From assembly GCA_977017645.1 (NCBI GenBank), contig OZ360223.1, positions 126,914,001 through 126,978,000 on the forward strand: DNA of 64,000 nucleotides, written 5' to 3'. The position numbers were made by a program, and so were the translations under genes. This stretch comes from Torpedo marmorata (taxonomy: Eukaryota). Below are positions 10,993-23,004 of this stretch, one piece after another. The notes beneath the pieces are model-generated. The model searched no databases, had not been told where the DNA came from, and was given only the letters and a program-made list of their open reading frames with translations. Position 1 is the first letter of the stretch; every line of letters begins with the position of its first letter.

Positions 10993-11140
10993 CGGCGTAT
11001 AAGTCGACCCCTGAAAACACGGTTCCGCGTATAAGTCGACCCCTGAAAACACGGTTCCGCGTATAAGTCGACCCCTGAAAACACGATTCCGCGTATAAGT
11101 CGACCCCTGAAAACATGATTCGGCGTATAAGTCGACCCCT
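10993..11140. repeat. Subterminal tandem array, 5 x 32 bp, containing the TIR core CGTATAAGTCGACC
   Basis: aagtcgac at 11001, 11033, 11065, 11097 and 11129. Confidence 0.9.
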
Positions 11141-11208
11141 GCAAAACCAAAAAAAAACCCGACTGCAACAAATTTTCATTGACATTTTAATTGAAAACAA
11201 CAAGACAT

Positions 11209-12558
11209 TTAGAACCCTTCAAAATCACTTTCGCTATCATCGTCTGAGGCAAAGATCTCGGCAAGCACATCCGGGGTCTCACTGTTTAAACAGTCATCGT
11301 ACGGGTCCCAGTCTGTATCTGATGAGGCGTCTTCAGCTTCGTCGTCAGTGTCCCACAATAAATCATCTTCCGTACCATCAATTGCACAAGAGATACCGCA
11401 CTTTTTAAACGATTTTATTATAGTCTCTACTTTCACTTTGTCCCATGCCTTGAGCACGAAGTCACACAGCACATCAAGCGATGCAGCACGCATTGCCCCG
11501 CCTTTTGTAAATGATTTTTCTGCACTCGACATCCATGTATTCCACTCTTCACGCACGTGGTCTTTGAATGGCTTGTTCAAGCAGACATCGAGAGGTTGCA
11601 ATATAGACGTCAAACCACCCGGGATAACCGCCATGTGAGTATTATGTTGTGCTAATGTACTTTTAGTCTTCTCAGTTAAGTGGCTACGAAACATATCCCA
11701 GACCAGCAAACTCCGTTCCTTGCGTAAACCGCCTGGCCGCCTGTTCCACACATTGTCTATCCATAGTTTTACACCATTTTCATCCATCCATCCTTTTTCA
11801 TGAAAATGTACAAAAATACCTGCAGGGAATTTTATTTTAGGTTTAAATTTGCGTTTGAAGATTACCATGGGTCTTAACTTTGTCCCGTCGGCCATGCACG
11901 ATAACACCACGGTAAACCTGGTCCTTTCATGTCCTGTACTCCTCATTTGAACAGTTTTCACACCTTTCCATTCCACTGTTCTATTGCCTATCATGTCAAA
12001 ATTCATGGGGGTTTCGTCCATGTTTCCAATATTTGCCAATGCAAACTTGTGTTTCTTCCGGTTACGTAAAATAAACTGGTGAAAACTTACAACTTTATGA
12101 TCAAGATCTTTTGGTAGTTTCTGAGCAATTTTAGTTTTTTGTCGTAATACCAGATTTTTCCTGTTCATAAAACGGTTGCACCAGCCTACTGAAGCTTCAA
12201 AATCATTACTGAGTTCTGGGTGCGACTTTGCCCAGTTCAGTGCAAATGTCCTTATTTTATTTCGGGTGACTATGTAGCAATCTTGCCTCTGTTCACGTAC
12301 CCATGCTGCTACATGATTTTCCAACTCTGGCCAACGAGTGATTCCTCTTCTCATGGAACATTGCCTTTTTGGTATTTTTCTTAAAGTCTCTTCTTTCTTC
12401 CTCCAATCTCTTACCAACTTCTCATATATACCAAATTTTCTTGCAGCAGCACAGTTGTTGGTTTTCTTTGCCATTTCTACTACTTTCAATTTAAAACTCG
12501 CCTCATACTTTCGTCGTTTCAATTGAGCCTTCAATGGAGCCTCCATGATAACAATCAC
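11209..12558 (-). CDS. pogo-type transposase (Brinker-like DBD, CENP-B HTH, DDE_1), 449 aa, uninterrupted
   Basis: RRKYEASFKLKVV, FEASVGWCNRFMNR, NMDETP, VWDMF and QPLDV with 35 residues between the 2nd and 3rd Asp; acidic tail. Confidence 0.95.
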   Translation of the reverse strand: MIVIMEAPLKAQLKRRKYEASFKLKVVEMAKKTNNCAAARKFGIYEKLVRDWRKKEETLRKIPKRQCSMRRGITRWPELENHVAAWVREQRQDCYIVTRNKIRTFALNWAKSHPELSNDFEASVGWCNRFMNRKNLVLRQKTKIAQKLPKDLDHKVVSFHQFILRNRKKHKFALANIGNMDETPMNFDMIGNRTVEWKGVKTVQMRSTGHERTRFTVVLSCMADGTKLRPMVIFKRKFKPKIKFPAGIFVHFHEKGWMDENGVKLWIDNVWNRRPGGLRKERSLLVWDMFRSHLTEKTKSTLAQHNTHMAVIPGGLTSILQPLDVCLNKPFKDHVREEWNTWMSSAEKSFTKGGAMRAASLDVLCDFVLKAWDKVKVETIIKSFKKCGISCAIDGTEDDLLWDTDDEAEDASSDTDWDPYDDCLNSETPDVLAEIFASDDDSESDFEGF

Positions 12559-12564
12559 CTCCAG

Positions 12565-12950
12565 CCAACGCCCAGCAGCTCAATGATCGCGATCGTTATG
12601 GGTCGACCTATACGCCGGTCACCGCCCAGCAGCTCAATGATCGCGATCGTTATGGGTCGATCTATACGCCAGTCAACGCCCAGCAGCTCAATGATCTCGA
12701 GCGGTGTGGGTCGATCTATACGTCATTCAACGGCCAGCAGCTCAATCATCGCGTTTTTTTAGGGGTCGACCTATACGCCGGTCAACGCCTAGCAGCTCAA
12801 TCATCGCGTTTTTTTAGGGGTCGACCTATACGCCGGTCAACGCCTAGCAGCTCAATCATTGCGTTTTTGTAGGGTCGACTTATACGCCGGTCAATGCGCA
12901 ACATCTCAGGCATCGAGATTTTTGGGGTCGACTTATACGCCGGATATACC
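12565..12950. repeat. Subterminal tandem array, 7 x 53-55 bp, containing GGTCGACYTATACGCC
   Basis: gtcga at 12602, 12656, 12710, 12765, 12820, 12874 and 12927. Confidence 0.88.
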
Positions 12951-13893
12951 ATAAAACCATTAAAATGAGGCTGAAAAAGGGGGGTCGACTTATCCGCCGG
13001 TCGACTTATACGCCGAAATATACGGTAAATCAAAAAATTCATTAACAAATTTTAATTGAGCTGCTTTATAATAATTTTGGAAATTAGGAAGTTGTAAACC
13101 ACCCATTTCATAATTCCAAGTGAATTTTTCCATACCTACTCTTGCTAGCTTTCCTTTCCATAAAAATTTTCTAATAATTGAATTTAAATCTTTAAAAAAT
13201 TTTTGAGGAATTCCATAAGGAATTGATTGAAAAAGATATTGAATTCTTGGAAAAACATTCATTTTAATACAGTTTACTCTTCCCATTAAAGTTATAGGTA
13301 AATCTTTCCAGTTTTCTAAATCTTTCTTTATTTTCACAAATAATGGTAAATAATTTAATTTATATAAATTAGTCAAATTTGTATCAACCTTTATTCCCAA
13401 ATATTTAATTCCTTCCTTAGCCCACTTAAATTGTGTAATTTCCTTACATCTACTATAATCCCCTTGTGATAATGCCATAATTTCACTTTTATCAGAATTA
13501 ATCTTATATCCAGATGTTTCCCCATATTCTCTCAATAACAAAGACAATTGTACTAAGGATGTAGTAGATTTCATCATATATATCAATACATCATCTGCAA
13601 ACAAGCTAATTTTATGTTCTTCCATTCCAACCTTAATACCAACTATTTTAGGATCTTTTCTAACTAATTCTGCCAAGGGTTCTATCGCCAAAATAAATAA
13701 TGCTGGTGACAAAGGACATCCTTGTCTAGTAGATCGAGTCAAAGGAAATTTTGAAGAAGTTTGTCCATTTGTAACTACCTTAGCTGATGGTTGTTAATAT
13801 GAATGTTAATTGCACTGTGATGCTGCCGCAAAACACCGAATTTCATGACTTGTTCATGACAATAAATTCTGATTCTGATTCTGCTTCTGATTC

Positions 13894-14232
13894 TTGTATG
13901 GGCTGTTGAGGCACCTGGATAGTGTTGAGGGAGCATGTGTAAGAACAGGTGTTGACAGATAGGGTCAGAGGTTAGGGAGGGATGAGAGGACCAGAGTGAT
14001 GCCTGCAGAAAGACAGTGGAAGGGGATGTGGAGAGGATGATGTGACATGTTGTGTCCAGCTGGTGGAAATGGGAGAGGATGATGTGCTGGACGCAGAAGC
14101 TGGTGGTGTGAAAGGTGAGGACAAGGGAAACTCTTTAGTTTGGAAGGATGGGGGTGAGAGCAGAGTCCGAGAAACAGAAGAAATGCGAGAGAGGACTCCA
14201 CCAACCACCGTAGAAGTGAAGCCACGTTTCCT
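13894..14232 (-). mobile_element. Penelope-like element fragment (continues at 27861-28150)
   Basis: PLE-like RT/EN linker sequence; joined to 27861 onward by the L1-A TSD; 27880-27990 minus reads degenerate TIAFSQFLYLHRIYSQEEAFRSRTSEMS. Confidence 0.65.
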
Positions 14233-15574
14233 TTTTAAAAATATTTTATTTAAAATTTTAAATCACACAATAATACATGTTTATAAAATACAAAATTATC
14301 AAAATACATGTGATATATTTTCACCCTCCCCTCCCTCCCTTCCCCCTCCCTAACCCACCCACCCCTACTACTCTAATAATATAGAAAGAAAAAAAAAGGA
14401 TAGAATTTGGAGAATGTCAATCTAAAAAAGAACAACTATACATTAATTTTATTGTGGAACACAGGTTCACCAGCCAGACCTGATATCGAGAGATCCTCAG
14501 ATCCTTAAACCCAGTCTTTATATATGGGCTCCATATTTTCAAAAAGAAATGATATTTGTTACATAAATTATGTAATTTTTTCAAGTGGTATACATGAACG
14601 AAGTTCTGCATGCCATCTTACTAACCCTAAATCTACATCAGATTTCCATGTAATAGCAATGCATTTCTTTGAAACAGCTAAAGCAATTCGCAGAAATTCT
14701 ATTTGATACATATTTAATCTCATTTTAATACTAATTCTTTTAATATCTCCAAACAAAAATGTCATGGGATTCATTGGGAGTGTAATTCTTAATACTTTGT
14801 CTCAAAACTTTTTAACTTTCAGCCAAAAAGCATGTATCCTTGGACAAAGCCACGTAGAATGTACAAAAGAGCCTTCCTCTCTATTACATCTAAAACATAA
14901 ATCTGATAGTCTTGAATTAAATTTCTTTAATTTCTTAGGCATTAAATATAATTGATGCAAAAAGTTATATTGCACTAACCTATATCTAACATTAATAATT
15001 TTCATCATACTTTGTTTACATATTTCTTTCCAATGTTCCTCATCTATTGTTACATTCAAATCTGATTCCCATTTTAATCTTGATATATGAATTTCTGGTT
15101 TAGGCATTTTTTTCTGTAACAATCTATACATTTGAGAAATAAATTTATTTATACCCCCATTAGTAACTAATGGCTCTAATTCATTTTGTCTTGGTAAAGT
15201 TAAACTATGACCCAACTTTTCTTTCTTTTTAAAATATTTTTATTGAGTTTCAATAATAAACATGTATACAGAGTAACAAGATTAAGAAAAACATTCAAAA
15301 AATCAGCTGGTATTCATACATATATATAAAAAAAACTAAGTAAATTGTCGGAACTAACATCTTAATATAGGTGAAAACTCTAGTTCCTTAATTATCTTTA
15401 AAAAATCACTTGAAAATAAAATAAAAAGAAAGAAAAAAAAAGACATAAAAAACAAACACTAATAACTAATCTATTCTAACCCCTCCCTCTAAGTAAGGTT
15501 ACCTTGATATTGTAAAAAAGGATATGGATCCTGTAGCGACCTCCAAGCATCGGACAGAGAGTCCCCGGGATATT

Positions 15575-18500
15575 CAGTTTTGTTAATTCTTCCAATCATG
15601 ATAGTATTCAATGAATGGCCCCCAGATCTTTAAAAATTGAAACTTTCTATCTTTAATATTATATCTAATTTTCTCCAAACTCAGAAAGGACATTACATCT
15701 AGTAACCACTGTCTATGTGTCGGTGATAACTCATCTTTCTATTTCAATAAAATTGCCCGTCTGGCAATCAACGTGGAAAAAGCTAAAACTTTTTCCTGTG
15801 ATGCAGACAAAGGTATGTTAAGTTCACGTGAAAAACCAAACAGAGCAATTATAGGACATGGTTCAATATTAATCTTAAAAATCAATGATAAAGATTTAAA
15901 ATATCCTTCCAAAATCTCTCCAAATTGGGGCATTCCCAAAACATATGTATCAGTGAAGCTTCAAAAATTTTACATCTCTCACACAATGGATCTATGTCAG
16001 AGTAAAAACGTGATAGTTTAAGTTTAGACATATGAATTCTATGCACCACTTTAAATTGTAATAAACAGCACAAAAAGATGAGGCGTTAATTAGATCAAGA
16101 GCATTGTACCAATCTTGATCTGAAAATGTAACATTCAAATCTCGTTCCCATTCATTCTTGATCCCCGTCATAGAAGCTACTCTGATTTCCAATAAATTAT
16201 TATGTATACATGATGTTAATCCATGTTGAAAAAAGAACCGTATATTAAAAAGTAAATCGAGAAAATTAGAACTTAAAATTCGAGGAAAATCTGAAATCTT
16301 AGACTGAACAAAATGTCTAATTTGTAAGTATCCAAAAAAAAAAGTCTGTTAGTAAGATTAAATTTATTGACCAATTGTTCGAAAGTGGCAAAACTATCTC
16401 GAATAAAAAGATCATTAAAACTATGAATTCCCAATCCATACCATTCCCTAAATCCATCACAGACGGCTGGAAAAGGTGATTATCTATAATAGGACTAGCC
16501 AGAGAAAAGCTATTAAATCCAAAAAAATTCTAAACTGTGCCCATATTCTCAACCTATATCTCAATACCGGATTATAAGTTATTTTAACAAATAAAAATGG
16601 TAAAAGGATCCTAAAATTGCTAACATAGATGTTTTTTTTGAAAACTTCAATTCCATTTCCACCCAGGATGGGTGATTCTGTAACTTATCAAAATGCAATA
16701 ACAAAAGCAAATTACGAATATTAATTGCCCAATAATAAAATCTAAAATCTAGAAGTGATAATCCTCCATTCCTTTTAATTTTTTGAAGATGGGATTTATT
16801 TATACGTGGATAAAGATATGAAGAAAGAATCGAATCCAATGAAATAAAAAAGGTTTTAGGAATAAAAATTGGTAAAGATTGGAAAAGATATAAAACTTAG
16901 GCAAAATATTAATTTTAATCAAATTAATATGGCCCATCATTGTAATTGATAAGGGTGACCAACCCGCTAATTGTAATTTAACCTTATTAACTAATACCCA
17001 AAAATTTTCTTTCAGTAAATTTTTATGGTTTTTTGTAATTGTTATTCCTAAATATTGGAATTGATTGTTCACTATTTTAAACGGAAAATGAGAATAACCA
17101 ATAAAAGGTCCTTTTAAGGGCAATAGTTCACTCTTTTGTAGGTTTAATTTATACCCTGAAAATTGACTAAATTGAGTAAATAGTGTTAATATATTTGGTA
17201 TAGAAACTTCAGGGTTTGAAATAAATAACAATAAATCGTCCACATAGAGAGATACTTTGTGTTCAATTCCGTTTCTAGTTATACCTTTAAATTCTCTACA
17301 ATGTCAAAGAGCAACAGCTAAAGGTTCTAATACTATATCAAAAAGCAAAGGACTTAACGGGCAACCTTGTCGTGTTCCTCTATTAAGCTGCAACATATCT
17401 GATTGTTGTAAATTAGATCAAACTGAGGCCATAGGACAAGAATATAGTAACTTAATCCATTTAATAAAATCAGAACCAAAATTAAATTTATCTAAAATAG
17501 CAAATAAATATTCCCACTCCACCCGATCAAATGCTTTTTCAGCATCTAGTGAAAGGACACATTCCGTCACCGGAGTAGAAGGTAAATATAAAATATTCAA
17601 CAATCTATTAACGTTATAATATGAATAACGATTTTTAATAAATCCAGTCTGATCTGAATTGATAATTAAAGGTAAAATATTTTCTAATCTATGTGCTAAT
17701 ACTTTAGACAAAATCTTCATATCCACATTAAGTAAAGAAATGGGTCTATAAGATGTGCATTCAGTTGATTCTTTACCCTTTTTAATAATTAAGGAAATAC
17801 TGGTCTCATTAAAAGATGTGGGAAGCTTACGCTCATTAAATGAGTCACCCAATACTACACTCAGATGAGGTGCAAGCTGTTTGGAGAAAGATTTATAAAA
17901 TTCCACAGGAAATCTGTCTGGCCCTGGAGATTTACCAGACTGTAGTGAGGAAATAGCGAGAGCTATATCCTCTTTAGAAAGAGGTTTCTCCAAGCTTGCA
18001 CGTTCATCCTGAGGTAGTACCGGAAGATTCAATCGATCCAAAAATTGTGACATCAAGTCATGATTATTATCAAATTCTGATTTATAGAGGTTAGAATAAA
18101 ATTCCTTAAAAGTCTCATTAATTTTGAGATAATCTGTTGTCATTTTTCCATCTTTCAACCTAATTTTATTTATTTGTTTTTTAGCAGAAATTCCTTTCAA
18201 TTGTCCAGCTAGTAACTTACTAGTTTTTTCTCCATGAATATAAAAGAGACTTCTACTTCTTAACAATTGTTGTTCAATGGGATAAGTAGATAGAAGATCA
18301 AATTTTGCTTTAAGCTCTACTCTTCTCTTATAAAAATCCGGATTTTTATTTTGAGAAAATTGAATGTCAATTTGTTTAATCTGGTTAATTAAATCAGATC
18401 TTTCCTTATTAGATTTCTTCTTAATATTAGCAGTATATGAAATAATTTGTCCTCTCAAATAAGCTTTCATAGTGTCCCAAACTATCAAATTAGACATCGT

Positions 18501-19330
18501 CGGAGAAGAGTTAGTAGCAAAAAATAACTGTATTTGCTTCTCCATAAAGTTTAAAAAATCTTGATTTTCAAGGAGAGTCGTATTAAATCTCCAATGTCTT
18601 TTTGTAAATGGGATATCATAGAAGTTCATAGATAAAATAACTGGAGCATGATCAGAAATCACTATTCCTTGATATTCGCATGATTTAGTCATAGAGATTA
18701 ATTGATTATCAATTAAAAAGTAATCTATCCTCATATATGAACGATGCACATTGGACAAAAAAGAATATTCTCTACTAGTGGGATTTAAAAAAACGCCAAA
18801 CATCTGTAATACCATAATTCGACATAAAAGAATGTAATAAAACTGCAGATTTCGAGAGAGTTGCTCATTTTAACGAAGAACGGTCTAAAACCTTATTCAA
18901 ACAGCAATTAAAATCACCTCCCAAAATCAATGAATACTGATTTAAATCAGGTAAAAAGGAAAAAAACTTTTCAAAAAATGCTGGATCATCGATGTTTGGA
19001 GCATAAACGTTCACCAATACCACCAGTTTATTATATAATTTACCTATTAAAATAATATCACGACCTTGTTTGTCCAATATACTATGATGTAATACAAATG
19101 GAATATTTTGATTAATTAATATCGAAACTCCTCTGATTTTTGCTTCAGAACAGGAATGGAAAAATTGACCCTTCCATCTCAACATTAATCTATCTTTATC
19201 GGAATTTTTAATGTGGGTTTCTTGAAAAAAGGCCACATCTGCCTTTAATTGTCTTAAATGTGCCATTATTCTACGCCATTTAATAGGGCCATTCAAACCT
19301 TTAATATTCCATGATACTATGTTGATTGGA
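15575..19330 (-). pseudogene. L1-B ORF2 (APE endonuclease-RT), frameshifted
   Basis: ORFs 18865-19296 (FFQETH, GGDFN), 17418-18815 (SDHAP, YRPISLLN, DAEKAFDRV), 16800-17243 and downstream fragments. Confidence 0.9.
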
Positions 19331-21128
19331 ACTATTCCAACTAAATAATTATTCCACAGTTACTAACCCGAGAGCTCCGCCAACCCCGGAGACCACCATT
19401 TTGGATCCATAAAGACATACATCAAAACCTTTTGGTAACCTTGTCCTACCCACTAAACTAATACACCCCCACTCCTGGCCCACCCCAAACTGAAGATCTC
19501 CCAACATGAGGGAGATCCGCTCACTAACTAAGATAAACCCCATAATACTTGGTTGTGATGGATAAGCTCAAGCCAACAAACTTAAAATAGTTAAAAGAAA
19601 TCCTAGTAAATTGTAAAAATCAAGGGTTTTTTAACACTTTCCCTCCCCGGAGAGAAGAAAGAAAAATAAAGGGGGGGGAGGGAATAAAAAAAGGGGAAAA
19701 AAAAGAAAAAAAAGGGGAAAAAAAGAAAAAAAAAAGGTGGGGGGATCCCAACTCCATACAAAAACTTATAAAAAGAACACCATAACAGCTAATCAATCCA
19801 ATACATGTATAGGAGTAATAGTTCCTTTCTAAAGTTTATATATGAACTTAAAGAAATAATCATTCCCTACAATCCAGTAACCAATCATTAATTCATTATA
19901 GTCTTTGTTAATATCAAACTAGCTTACTAATATATCCCCACACATAAAAGTCCAATACATATATAGTAAAGGATTTATAATACATTATATATATATATGC
20001 ATAAAAAATTAAGGGGAACCCCTCCCCAAGAAAAAGCACTTGATAATAACACTCATCTGCAAAAGACAGGAGTAAACCAAACTTAAAATTCCCCAGTTCT
20101 CTGTTATTATCACAGATCAATAAAAACAATTAATATTTAGTTCAAAACTTGTTTAAAAAAAACAACCCCCCAACCCCCAATCCACCTGAACATACAGAAG
20201 GAAAAAAAACCCTGTTTAAAAATAAAAGCTAAAAGCCCTCAGACACACCAAAATAGCAGTAGTCGGATATGGGAAAACATACTATACTGTGCCTGCAGCT
20301 TTCCCCCTGCAGATATCGACTCCCTTAAAGCTCATGCTGGTGGGACAAGAAGCTGACCCCAGAATAACAAGCACATATTCAGTGGGAGTGATGCCTAGGA
20401 AACCGACACCTCTTTGATGGAGAACAGACATTTCAACACAGGCTGGAGATCTGTCTAGGCAGCTTGATAAACTGCTCAGTAACCTTCCCTGTGGAGTCTA
20501 TCACACATGTATCATTGGTAATAGGTCGCTTCAATATTCCAGAAGTTATAACCTTATATATAAAAAAAAACCTACAAACCAATCCAAATTCACACAAAAC
20601 TCTTTCCAAATATCAGCCCACAGACCAGCACACAGAAAAAAAAGGAAAACAGAGATGGGGGAGGGAAAATAGTTTCCCAGGCAAAAACCTGCGACACCAC
20701 TTTCCCTCTTATTCTTTATAGTCTGCTCAGTTTTTAGAACAACCATGACACCATCATTATTCCCTCATAAGAATTTTAGCAGTCATAATAATTAAAATAC
20801 CTCCCCAACCACCATTTTCTATTCCCTTGAGAACAAAGAGATCTATATCAATATCCAAGCACCATTTTACATTGTTGTGTCTAAAATTTAAAATAAACCA
20901 AAACAAAACTTTTTAAAAAAATAAACCCAAGGAAATCAACACTAAAAGAAAATGAAAATCAATATCCCTTCTCTCTTAAAATTATGATTATAAAAATCAA
21001 AATTCAATTAGTTACCCTTTAGCCCCACAGTGGTACATCCCAGTAGTAAGATCATAATTCAAACAGAAAGAAATCCCTTAGACATCCCCCTGTTACAGAA
21101 TGGTATCACTCCCTTAGAAGCTAAAAAG

Positions 21129-21974
21129 TTAACCCATTCCAAGTACCAACTGGTCAGAGGAACCAGGCAAAATCTCAGAAAGTGCATTTCTTGCTTGCTC
21201 CTCGGAAATAAAAAATCTCTTCTGCCCATTTTTCAAAACAATTCGAAGACGCGCTGGATATTGCATAAATGGCCTCAGACCTTCATTATAGAAAATCTGC
21301 ATAACACCATGAAACTTTCTTCTCATCGCCAATACTTCTGGACATAAATCTTCTACCAATCTAATAGATTGGCCTTGATAATTCAAGTCCTTCTTTCGAC
21401 GAGCCACTTGAATGATTTGTTCCTTTTGATGATAATAATGACAGCAAACGATCACCACTCTTGGACGTTCTTCCGATGTCTTTTTGAAAGAAGGAATCCG
21501 ATATGCCCGATCCACTAGGAGCTCTCCAGTTATTGCTTCTTTCCCAACTAAATCGGTAAGTAGCTGAGCAAAGACTGTTATAGGAGAGAGCCCCTTCTCG
21601 ATGCCTTCTTTAACTCCCAAGATTCGAATATTCTGCCGCCTGCTACAGCCCTCCAGGTTGACCAAACGAGACGACAGATTGTTGTATTTTAAATCGAGAT
21701 TATTCATCTTATTTTCCAGCGAGTCTGTCGTAAGATGTACTAGTTGTTCAACTTCTTGTACACGTTTTTGCATCTGTGTTATTGCCTCTATTGATTGATC
21801 CAACTTTGCCTCCAACTTAGGCACAGCTGTCATTAATTTCTCGTATAACTCCTTATTCTCTGATTTAATCAGATTAGTAACCGTTACCAGAGAACAGGTA
21901 ATCTCCTCTTCGGATTCAGGGGCAGTTGTTGTTTCAGTAGCCACTTTTGTCTTCTTTGCCGCTTTCCGAGACAT
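21129..21974 (-). CDS. L1-B ORF1p (coiled coil + RRM + CTD), 281 aa, open
   Basis: LEGCSRRQNIRILGVKEG, VDRAYR, RPRVVIV and YPARLRI motifs of Transposase_22-type ORF1. Confidence 0.9.
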   Translation of the reverse strand: MSRKAAKKTKVATETTTAPESEEEITCSLVTVTNLIKSENKELYEKLMTAVPKLEAKLDQSIEAITQMQKRVQEVEQLVHLTTDSLENKMNNLDLKYNNLSSRLVNLEGCSRRQNIRILGVKEGIEKGLSPITVFAQLLTDLVGKEAITGELLVDRAYRIPSFKKTSEERPRVVIVCCHYYHQKEQIIQVARRKKDLNYQGQSIRLVEDLCPEVLAMRRKFHGVMQIFYNEGLRPFMQYPARLRIVLKNGQKRFFISEEQARNALSEILPGSSDQLVLGMG

Positions 21975-22249
21975 TTTTCTGATTATTTATCAATAATGTT
22001 ATTGAAAAAGACTCCCACCACAGTTAGGTTAGTGAATATCACAAAAGAAGTTAGGTCCGGAGGTGGAAAGTGTTAAATGTGGCAGAGCCGATGACTAACA
22101 CGGCTTAATCCATGTAGTCACCCAACCGGAAGTCATGACCCAACTTTTCAACTAAAAATGTTCTTATTTGATAATAAGCAAAAAGTGTATTATTTAATAC
22201 ATTAAACTTCTCTTTCATTCTTTGAAAAGTAATAAATTTACTAGCTTCA

Positions 22250-23004
22250 ACTCAAGTCAAGTCACCTTTATTTGTCGTTCATTACCATATACACAGTAAG
22301 ACAAGATAGCGTTTCTCCAGGACGATGGGCAGATGTACATAAATATCATAATACAATAGAAAAACTATAACATGCTAATACACATATATATCGAGGAATT
22401 GAGGAGCCTGATGGCTTGGGGGAAAAAACTGTTGCACAGTCTGGACGTGCGAGCCCAAGTGCTTCGGTACCTCCTTCCAGATGGCAAAGAGGAAAACAGT
22501 TTACCAAAGGGGTGTGATAAGTCCTTTACAATGTTTTTAGCCTTCCTCATGCATCGTGTGTTGTAAATGTCTGTCATGGTGGGGAGAGAGACTCAAATAA
22601 TTTTCTCCGCTGCCCTCACTATCCTCTGCAGGGTCTTTCGGTCCGAGGTGGTACAGTTTCCAAACCAAGCGGTGATGCAATTGCTCAGAATACTCTCAAT
22701 GCATCTCCTGTAGAATGTAGTAAGGATAGGGGGTGGGAGATGAACTTTCCTCAGTCTTCACAGGAAGTAAAGACGCTGCTGGGCTTTCTTGACTATGGAA
22801 CTGGTGTTTAGGGACCAGCTGAGACTCTCCGCCAAGTGCACTCCAAGAAACTTGGTACTCTTTACGACCTCAACGGTAGAGCCGTCCATGGTCAAAGGAG
22901 AATGATCCCCCCGGGCCCTTCTGAAGTCGACAACCAACTCTTTTGTTTTGTTCACGTTCAGCTGCAGTTTGTTGTTTCCGCACCATTCCATTAGCGACTG
23001 CACC
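22250..23004 (-). mobile_element. Rex1/Babar LINE, 5'-truncated, inserted in L1-A ORF2
   Basis: WCGNNKLQLNVNKTKELVVDFRR, KKAQQRLYFL; tail aataaaggtgacttgacttgag. Confidence 0.88.

Larger units (their letters stand above)
10865..13025 (-). mobile_element. pogo-superfamily (Passer/POGK-like, DD35D) DNA transposon, full length
   Basis: Perfect 27-bp TIRs CCGTATATTTCGGCGTATAAGTCGACC; TA TSD (10863-10864, 13026-13027); removing it restores L1 codons EFFDLTKSSA. Confidence 0.96.
9455..13792 (-). mobile_element. L1-clade LINE (L1-C), 5'-truncated, interrupted by a pogo transposon
   Basis: RT motifs RQGCPLSP and FADD, C-terminal CCHC region; 15-bp TSD gttaatat(t/g)aatgtt at 9440-9454 and 13793-13807. 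Confidence 0.92.
15222..22134 (-). mobile_element. Full-length L1-clade LINE (L1-B, different family) nested in L1-A
   Basis: Perfect 15-bp TSD atgacccaacttttc (15207-15221, 22135-22149); 5' end GACTTCCGG; ORF1 plus frameshifted ORF2 with APE and RT. Confidence 0.94.

Noticed and set aside
10993-11140. Regularly spaced 32-bp repeats resembling a CRISPR array
   Set aside because: No unique spacers, vertebrate context, and the unit is the transposon's own TIR motif.
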